Of a DNA stretch of 64,000 nt, positions 46,466 through 54,700 are shown one piece after another; the first letter of the stretch is position 1, and each line of letters begins with the position of its first letter. The DNA comes from Deltaproteobacteria bacterium RIFCSPHIGHO2_01_FULL_43_49 (GTDB lineage: Bacteria > UBA10199 > SPLOWO2-01-44-7), in contig MGRG01000012.1 in assembly GCA_001798075.1 (NCBI GenBank), forward strand, positions 91,852-155,851, read 5' to 3'. Position numbers and translations under genes: made by a program. The notes under the pieces are model-generated. The model was not told the DNA's origin, did no database searches, and was given only the letters and a program-made list of their open reading frames with translations.

Positions 46466-48046
46466 ATGGCTGAGAAGTGTCAATTAATTAGTAAATTATC
46501 AGTGTCACCCTCCATACTGCTCGGTAGTTTTCTTTATGATATCAGCAAGTTAGGTGGAAATCCTGGGGAGCTAGACACCTGTGACCTAAAGGTTTTCCAA
46601 AAGGAATTGGGTATTTCTTTGCCCCAAAAAGCATTTCTCGACAAATTTGGAAAAGGGGATTCGTTTAAACTCATTGAAGCCTCTGAATTTCTTTATAATC
46701 AGTATTTATATGCCCCCAACAATAAATATTATGCGTTTTACCCCAAATATTTCAGCAATCAGACCCATGCGGATCTCGCAGAAGTGGCTCTTCGTGACCT
46801 AAAAACGACCCTGGAACCTATCGTCGAAGTAGGAGTCCTCAAAAAAATTCCTATCTACGAGCGCATCTTGAAAGAACCGGCCCTGGCAGAATGGCTTTCT
46901 GTTGATGAAAAAGAAAAAATTGGAGCAGACATTGCAAAAATTCGTGAACTTTTTGAAGAAAAGAACTGGAAAGACCTCTACCCCCGCATGGACACTTTTG
47001 AAGTATCTCTCCCTGATTTGTACGAGACGATTAGCCAACGAGCTCAGGATAACGTTAAATTTTGGGAAAGGGCTGTTGTTGCAACGGAAGTTGTTCACAA
47101 TGTGTTATTTATCGGGGCCGGTGTTGCAGTGGGAATCGTTGCTGGCCCTGTGGCAGCTGTTGGTGCGACACTGGCATTCGGTTTATCTTCCCTCGCCTCC
47201 GAAGAAACTGCCAAAGCTATTTCACAAGATGACTATACATGGCAAAATGCTTTGAAATCTTTTGGCTATCACGCACCGTTTGATATTATCAAAAGTGCCG
47301 CTTTCCTATTTCCGCCACTCAAGGCTGCAACCATCTTTGTGGGAGCCACTTTTGTGGAAGTTGCGGCAGACCCATTTGGAGAACCGAAACCTGTTGTTGA
47401 CCGTTTGATTGATGGAGGTTTTTCAGCTCTGGTTGCAGCGGCCACTTTTTTCGTTGGGAAAAAAGCCGGCGAAAAACTGGGGCCTTATTTTGCAAAATAT
47501 TTTAGAAGAGCCATCCAGCCAGTTCCGGAGTCACCTCAACTTGTCAGACCAACAGTTGTTGAAACTCGAACGGCTACTTCTCCCTCGCCACCTGTTGAAC
47601 CGCCTCCTCCAAAAATGGAAGTGGAGCCTGCACCGCCACCCCCCACCCCCAAACCAAAAAGGGTCGAAGCCAGACCCAAAAATGGTGGCCCTAATGGAGC
47701 ATCGCATTCAGAGAAGGTCTTGCACACCATCAAGAAAACACGATTTGCAGAAGATTGTTTTGAAAAGCTCACACCGTTGGTTAAAGGAAAAATGGAGGAG
47801 TTTGTTGCAACACTCGTTAATAAATTAAATTTCGGAGTTCCTATTGCAAAAATTGCTAATGTCATGCGGAACAAGGATTTCGCCGGTGTTTGGGAAGGAC
47901 GTTTCATGTCTGCTAGCAATGCGAGAGTCTATTTTAAAATCACCGATGATCCCAATGGTTCCAAAATAGTTGAGATTCTCGGTTATTCTTTAGGAGAAGC
48001 CGATCGCATTGCTATTTTACAGCATTTTGCTGGTGGGAGGCATTAA
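46466..48046 (+). CDS. operon gene 1: membrane-type protein with Gly/Ala-rich hydrophobic segments, Pro-rich linker and RelE/ParE-like C-terminal domain
   Basis: ATG 46466 with AGGAGAGG RBS; hydrophobic segments (VLFIGAGVAVGIVAGPVAAVGATLAFGL; FSALVAAATFFVG); linker SPSPPVEPPPPKMEVEPAPPPPTPKPK; C-terminus AGVWEGRFMSASNARVYFKITDDPNGSKIVEILGYS resembles the RelE/ParE toxin pattern. Confidence 0.6.
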   Translation: MAEKCQLISKLSVSPSILLGSFLYDISKLGGNPGELDTCDLKVFQKELGISLPQKAFLDKFGKGDSFKLIEASEFLYNQYLYAPNNKYYAFYPKYFSNQTHADLAEVALRDLKTTLEPIVEVGVLKKIPIYERILKEPALAEWLSVDEKEKIGADIAKIRELFEEKNWKDLYPRMDTFEVSLPDLYETISQRAQDNVKFWERAVVATEVVHNVLFIGAGVAVGIVAGPVAAVGATLAFGLSSLASEETAKAISQDDYTWQNALKSFGYHAPFDIIKSAAFLFPPLKAATIFVGATFVEVAADPFGEPKPVVDRLIDGGFSALVAAATFFVGKKAGEKLGPYFAKYFRRAIQPVPESPQLVRPTVVETRTATSPSPPVEPPPPKMEVEPAPPPPTPKPKRVEARPKNGGPNGASHSEKVLHTIKKTRFAEDCFEKLTPLVKGKMEEFVATLVNKLNFGVPIAKIANVMRNKDFAGVWEGRFMSASNARVYFKITDDPNGSKIVEILGYSLGEADRIAILQHFAGGRH

Positions 48047-50418
48047 TGACCACTATTAATTTTGGCTTTATTGAAGCAGCCATCACTGCAGCCCAGGCAG
48101 CCCAAGCGGCTTCTAATAGGGCTGAATTAGATGCCGCATTGGAAAAATTGGGGAGGGCGATCCATCCCCTGGATACCTTTGCTGATGGCAATCTATCCCC
48201 CTTGGTGGAAAGGCTGACGAGTGGTAGAAGAGCTGTCACTGAAGCAGAACTGAATCAAGTTATCAGGACTATCAACGATGCCGGGGATAAATACCGGGCA
48301 AGTTCAGGCACAAAGGAATCAAAAGCCAGCAGTGCGCACACAGGGCACGGTGTTCATGGAAGCCCCAATCCTTATCTTATTCAAGTAGGTCAGTCTAAAA
48401 CTTTTTCCCCGCGCCCTAACCAAGCCTACATCGCACGGAAAGCAGTGAGCCATTTTAGAGAAGAACACAGAGGTTTTTTTCGCCTCGATACAGGTGAGGG
48501 TAAAACACCAACATACGGATTCATCATTCAAGAACTTCGCAAAGAACTTCCCGATGAATACCAAGAGGCACTTGTTGTCATGGGTTGCCATCAAGCAGAA
48601 CCCGCTCGCAAATTGGCAGAGACGATGAAACATATGTTTCGTGATGAAAAAATCATGTTTTTAGAGGGAGGTATTGAAGCAGAAGATTTTAAAAGAGTTA
48701 CTTTTGTGGTGGGGACCTATCAACAACTAGCACAAAAATCGAGTATTGACGTTTTGAAAGAATGGGCTGGTCAAAAAAGAATTCTTTTTGTCTTGGATGA
48801 AGCGGACATGGTTGTTTTCAAAGGTATTGCAGAAGATGAACATCGAATGGCTACTTGGATTCGTCTCTTGATCGACTTTGGAGTCTTTACACAACATGGG
48901 CATTATCTTGCCAGAACACGGCATCGACTGTTGGGGGCCTCTGCAACCCTTGATCGCCCTGATGAAATTTCTCTCTCAACTGTTTGGGGTCCTGGAAATG
49001 TTTTCTATCATACACCGATGGCAGAGGGGGTTCGGCGCGGCACTCTTGTGCCCGTGGTTGGTCATGTCTTAGAAATGGATGTTCCAGAAAAAGAAAAACA
49101 TCTCTTCAGGGATTTTACGAAGATTGTGGATGGTAAGATTGTGGTTGATAAAACAAAAGTGATGTCTGCCTGCGGCAGTGATCATGCTGTTAAAACATCG
49201 GTTCGAGCTGTGATCGATCATATGAAGATGAAGATTGGTGCTGGAACGACAAAGGGTGAAGCAGTGCGGCGTGGGATCGGTTATGCCATGGACACCACTG
49301 CCTTGGAAAAACACATGCGCTGGCAGCAAGAATTATTTGGGTTGGTAGAGGTTATTTTCCAAATTTATCAAGGCTTGGCTGCATCAAAACCAATGCATGT
49401 TGATACAATCCTCGCTCATCTTGGTGGTCTGGAGAAACTAGATGCGTTTGGTCAAACTTTAAAACGGTTTCTCTATGCTAGAGAATGGAAAACGGTGGAA
49501 TCCCTTTACAGAAAGGCGGTCAGTTCTTTAAAAAATGGGAGAAAAGAAGGTATTTCGGAATTGTTCACTACTCTCTATTCTATTTTGAATGTTGATGTTC
49601 GCAGAATCAAAGGAAGACCTTTGGTGGCCACGGCTGTCTGGCAAAGTATGGACATGGATCGTGAAGGCAAAAAAATTCCTCGTGAGGCTCGTCGCACTCA
49701 ATATCTCAACAAATTTGGTGATCGGGAACTAACGATGAAGGGCTTCAATGCTGGGGTGATCGACATGCTCTGGAGCATTGGGATGTTGGACAGAGGTTTC
49801 GACGAACCGATGGCAAGCTTAATTGTTGATAATGCCCCTAGTTCATCGAGAAGAGAAGTGGTGCAAAGGGCAGGCCGTATCATGCGACCACCCGACCCCA
49901 AAAATCCTAAAGATCATAGTCAAAAACCAGAATCTATTTATATTACACTGACACCCAATTTGGAAGCCCACCATCTCGATGTGGCCAGAAAAGATTTAGC
50001 CCGAGTTTTTGGTACCGAAGTAGATCCTGAGCTCAATATCATTAAGATTCGCCCTACCAAAGAAGGGGATTTTGAGTGGCGTACTCCCGATCCTGTTCAA
50101 CTTGATTTGGGAGGTGATAAAAAAGTCCATTTAGTGTTGGTTGGGGCTAGAACCGTGGAGGCATTGGTTCATTTTTTAAAAGGACGTTATGGGAAAGATT
50201 ATGATCCCGAAATTTTGGCCTTCGATGCCGGTGTTGGGGTTGAAGAAGTTGATGATTTATTGCGGGCCATTCGTTTTCCCAAGGAATCCAGATTACGTGC
50301 CTTTTTAAAAAATTGGCGTGCCGATGATGCAACAATCCACCAAATCATGGCAATCTATCACTCCGATCTTGCCGACATGAAAACGGTCTATGGTAACGCC
50401 TGGAGGATTGTGCAATGA
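48046..50418 (+). CDS. operon gene 2: SF2 helicase / ResIII-type ATPase
   Basis: Motif I LDTGEGKT (about 48490), motif II LDEADM (about 48796), motif III SAT (about 48934), motif VI QRAGRIMRP (about 49861). Start overlaps the gene 1 stop by 1 nt. Confidence 0.75.
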   Translation: MTTINFGFIEAAITAAQAAQAASNRAELDAALEKLGRAIHPLDTFADGNLSPLVERLTSGRRAVTEAELNQVIRTINDAGDKYRASSGTKESKASSAHTGHGVHGSPNPYLIQVGQSKTFSPRPNQAYIARKAVSHFREEHRGFFRLDTGEGKTPTYGFIIQELRKELPDEYQEALVVMGCHQAEPARKLAETMKHMFRDEKIMFLEGGIEAEDFKRVTFVVGTYQQLAQKSSIDVLKEWAGQKRILFVLDEADMVVFKGIAEDEHRMATWIRLLIDFGVFTQHGHYLARTRHRLLGASATLDRPDEISLSTVWGPGNVFYHTPMAEGVRRGTLVPVVGHVLEMDVPEKEKHLFRDFTKIVDGKIVVDKTKVMSACGSDHAVKTSVRAVIDHMKMKIGAGTTKGEAVRRGIGYAMDTTALEKHMRWQQELFGLVEVIFQIYQGLAASKPMHVDTILAHLGGLEKLDAFGQTLKRFLYAREWKTVESLYRKAVSSLKNGRKEGISELFTTLYSILNVDVRRIKGRPLVATAVWQSMDMDREGKKIPREARRTQYLNKFGDRELTMKGFNAGVIDMLWSIGMLDRGFDEPMASLIVDNAPSSSRREVVQRAGRIMRPPDPKNPKDHSQKPESIYITLTPNLEAHHLDVARKDLARVFGTEVDPELNIIKIRPTKEGDFEWRTPDPVQLDLGGDKKVHLVLVGARTVEALVHFLKGRYGKDYDPEILAFDAGVGVEEVDDLLRAIRFPKESRLRAFLKNWRADDATIHQIMAIYHSDLADMKTVYGNAWRIVQ

Positions 50419-51725
50419 GTGTAAGTGTTGTCACTCCTGCAGGATATGTTACCGGCCTACTTGGTAATCTGGAGACCCTAAGTGTTGCCGGTCAAGAATC
50501 AGACATTGCAGAGGTCTTAAACGATTTATTTCCTCAAGTAGATCGTCTTGGTAATGCTGAACTTGGACAGCGTTTAAAAAAAGTAGCAACCGCGTTGCAA
50601 AATGGTGATTATAAAAGAACTCAATGGTTACAATCTTCATTATATCGTGAACTCACTGATCTTCAAGCAGCACTCCAAAGTGGTCAAGCTATTGAAGAGG
50701 CATTGCAAGCAAGACAAGCTGCTCAAGCGTTAAAAAAAATAGAAGGACCAGGCGGCGGGCGATTTACCTCTTCCATTACTGCAAGACCAGTTCAAAGAGT
50801 TTCTGTTGGACCACCACCAGTCATTGAATGGGAGAAGTTTGGATCTAGAAGGTATCCTGCACCGCTCCCCCCAAGTGAAGAGGTGAATACAGCGGGCAGA
50901 CGATTGGCTTATGTTGTCAGTTACGTTGCCGGAATGGCAGGTCATGGGGAATTCACGGCTGATACAGAAGATTTTTATAGCATCAGTTCTGAGATGCGCA
51001 GACGTATCGAAAAAGCGTTATTCGTTCCCAAAGCATTGGGCCAGTTTCCAACACGGGATGCAAGATCGATTATTATCAAAGCCCATCAATTAGAGCCGCT
51101 TTATGGAAGATTAGTTCAAGAACTTCTGATCCAATCTATTTTTGAATCACAGGGTTGGTCGTTGGGCGTTCCACTCTCCGATGCCCCGTGGGATCTCTCT
51201 TTTTTGTATGCCTTGAGACGCTATGGTGCGATGCAGTTGTTGGCCTCCGAAGAGAAAGCAAAAGAAGTGTCGGAAGACAAAGCGCTCATTCGCGTTGTGC
51301 AAGGCAAAGTCAGTTTGGAAGCGGTGAACTGGCATCCAGGCAAAACCCGTCGCGAAGTTTTTGAGCCTTGGTTACAAGGGATAGCCAGCAGAAATGGTAA
51401 CAATGAAAAACTTTTAGAGAGACAACGCAAATATATTGGCGATGGAATTTTGCGTGCAACAAATTGGCAGCCTCCTCGCAATGGCGCTGGTTGGGAGCCG
51501 CAACTCCAATGGATGGTCAGGCGCTGGATTGCCCATTTTCATTTTGGTGCTTTGCCGGCCCGGGGACTTCCATTTAAAACCGATGTGATCATTCGTTTTG
51601 CAATGGCGAAACACCCAACAAAACTAGATTTAACTTTTGCGAGAGCTTTGTTGGCCATGATGCGTGATTATTATTCAAAGGCAGAATTACAAGCCATGGG
51701 GGATTTTATACCGAGGGATAAATGA
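50415..51725 (+). CDS. operon gene 3: hypothetical protein (436 aa)
   Basis: 4-nt overlap (ATGA) with the helicase stop; no recognisable motif. Confidence 0.6.
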   Translation: MSVSVVTPAGYVTGLLGNLETLSVAGQESDIAEVLNDLFPQVDRLGNAELGQRLKKVATALQNGDYKRTQWLQSSLYRELTDLQAALQSGQAIEEALQARQAAQALKKIEGPGGGRFTSSITARPVQRVSVGPPPVIEWEKFGSRRYPAPLPPSEEVNTAGRRLAYVVSYVAGMAGHGEFTADTEDFYSISSEMRRRIEKALFVPKALGQFPTRDARSIIIKAHQLEPLYGRLVQELLIQSIFESQGWSLGVPLSDAPWDLSFLYALRRYGAMQLLASEEKAKEVSEDKALIRVVQGKVSLEAVNWHPGKTRREVFEPWLQGIASRNGNNEKLLERQRKYIGDGILRATNWQPPRNGAGWEPQLQWMVRRWIAHFHFGALPARGLPFKTDVIIRFAMAKHPTKLDLTFARALLAMMRDYYSKAELQAMGDFIPRDK

Positions 51726-54700
51726 GTATTGTTATCTCAAGGGGTTTAGCAGCACTTCAGTCTCAGATGGCAGAAGGTCTTGCCCGACTAACAGCTGACA
51801 ATGCCGCACTTTTTCAACCAGATTCTTCGTCTTCTTATGAAAACCCTGCTTTGTTAGCTGCGCAACGTTACACAAAAGAAGAACCAAGGAAAATTTCGCC
51901 CGGCATTTTCCTTCACGACATGCACGGGGCCTTGAAAAAAGTTGCCGGTTCTCGTTTCGTTGCTAAAACTCCAGAGAATGAAGACAAAGCATTTTTAAGG
52001 GCTATCGTGGGTGGTCTTTCCCTCTTTTTGGGGAAAATGGACGCGCAAAGTGAAACAGAGATTGCAGGAATGGTAGATCAAGTAATCTCGCAGATTGCAG
52101 ACCCTGCCATTCAAAAGCTTATTTTGGGTGCCGGCATTGCATTGCCAACTTCTTCCACAACGTCTGTAGCTGTTTCAGCTCCTTTAACGGTCTTGCCACC
52201 TGTTGTAGCCGCACCACAACCTCCTGCTCCAACTGTTGCTGCTCCTATCACGACAACTCTTACCCCTTTTGACTATCATCCAAACAGTGAAGAGAGGTTG
52301 GATGCTGAGTTTGAATATCGTCTCGCGAATGTTCACCAGCGCATTCAAGATGCAAATATTTCCTGGCCCTATGATTTTGTCAGATGGTGTCGCTCCCTTT
52401 ATCTTTTGGCAGGTGAGTTGCCAAATGGAGATGCAGCAAGGGTACGTGGAAATATCACCCGTGGTTTAAGAAGAATCAACGAGTTAGCCTCCATCAGTGT
52501 CGAAGATATTCGTCGCCTGTTAGGTCCTTCTGCGATGGCAGTGGGTCGTTACCCCGAAGGAATTTCGCAAGATTGGCCACGAGATATATCCAATGATTTT
52601 GGTTCTGCCATTATTGCTGTCCACGATGTCGGTGAAACTGTCATTGCCAACAAAGCAGCCCTCCTCTGGAAGGCAAGCACTGGCTTAGAAAATCAAGATG
52701 AGATTAGAGGTGATTTGGTTTCGATCCTGCGTCGTTTCGAAATAGCTTTGTTATCGGGAAGAGAAACAGATCATGAGGAAATAGAAAAAGCGCTTGATGA
52801 AATTGCGTTGAAAATTCCGGAAGCCAAACGCCCGGAAATGTTCTTAAAGAAAGAAACAGTACCACAGCCTTCACCCATCCCGTTAGAACCCATGTCGCAA
52901 GCAGAGTGGGTACAAAAAAGTTTGGATTTTTTGGTTTATGAAAAATCAAAATGGGGAAGTATGGAAGGAGAACTCTCCAATCAATTAGAGCATCTTTTTA
53001 AATTATTGAAAGTCGAAGAGGCTTTAGCACCACGTGCACCAGAGCTGTTGGGATTGGCATTTCAACTGATGTTATCTTATCGCCAGATGGTGGGGGTATC
53101 CGGAATAGAAGCTTTGGCATTGGGTAAAGATCCCAGCCTACCGATCAGTTTTGAAGACAGGGCTAAAGCCTTTGACATGATGAAGGCTGCCCACAACCAG
53201 CTCGATCTTCTTCAAGAGTGGGGTGATGCCTATAATAAAGATCCAAAAGCTTATCAACCGTTGTTCGGTGAAAATGGTCTTGCCGAAATAGTCTCTCGCT
53301 ACATCGTTCATGCTCGAGGAGGATCCCAAAACCCACTTGAAGAAGCGAGTGGAAATTTTGTTCAAGCACACCCTGAGTTGAAACTTTCAACTGCTATGGC
53401 CCGCAGGTTACTATCCTATTTTGTTGGGCTAACAGATGGAACTTTTAACGAGGCTTTCTTACAAGAAGTGTTAGGGGCCAAACCTAAGGCTCAAGAAGCG
53501 GCTGGACCAGAGCTTGATTTAGAAAATACCCCATTTTTGGATGTTGATCCAAATAAATACACTCCCTATGGGCGCGTTTTTGGAAAAGTTGTTCTGGATG
53601 GAGGAGTCATCCGAGTAGGCGGTGGCAAAAATAGACCTGGGATCTTTTTTGGGATTTATTTGACAACCTTAGAAAAGATTTACCGAAAATACCGTGAACA
53701 AGTTCGCACATCCGGTAGCAGTAGTTTCGAGTCGGCCTATACATTGGCCGTGAAGCAGGAAAAATATCAAGAAAGATATAGAAAAGACTATGAAAAATTG
53801 TTTGGGGATCTTCTTAGATTGCTGGGTGAAAATAAGGATATGGCCGATTTGGTGGAAACAGCAATTTTGTCTGGTAAGACTCAGTTAAAGGTACCTGAAA
53901 AGCAAGCAATACCTACAAGTGGCGGCCCTCCCATGGAACGACCTGTGGAAGAGGCGCCTACTGCAGCGCTAGCGCCAACACCAGCTCCAGTTTCAGTACC
54001 ACCATCGGTTGAAGTATCGAGACCAGCTGCAACAAGGGTTGATGAAGCCGTCTTTGCCGGTGCCGCACTCGTTTCACCCGATGCTCCTCCTGCCGAAGCT
54101 AACCCCTTTATCGAAGCAGCTGCAATAGTATCAGAGTTTGTTCCACCCCCAGCAGAGGTAGTTGTATCTTCAGGAGTTGCCGTAGTCGAAGTGCCACCAC
54201 CTGTTGAAACAGCGACAATTCCAGCGATCGAAGAAGAAATATTAATTGTAGATGAAGTAGAGGTAGAAACATTTCCAGCGATTCTAGCCCCCTATATTAC
54301 TAAATGGTCCCTGGGTGAAGTTGAGAAAAAAGTATTGCAAGATATGTGCGCGGTAACTTCACCAGAAGCTGTTTTGAAAGCTCTGGATAATATTGAACAA
54401 AACAGTTGGGAGAGTGAGGAGCGAAAAAGAAAGATTCTGACAGAATATGCAAGGGCTTTAGAACTTGGAAGAATAACAGAGAGAGGTAAAAAAAGAGTTG
54501 TAGAGCTTCTGGCCTCTAAGGAAAATTTTGGGAGGGTGAGACTTCTCCTATCTGTTGCCGCTGCAAAACCGACCAGTCTGGTTTTGGATCAGATTATTCC
54601 AGACCCCATTCAGTTGGGCAAAAAGGGGGGGCGATATCTAGATATTGACTTTAAATCTTACCCTCCTGTAGCTGTGGTTCGGCCTGCAATCACTCTTGCA

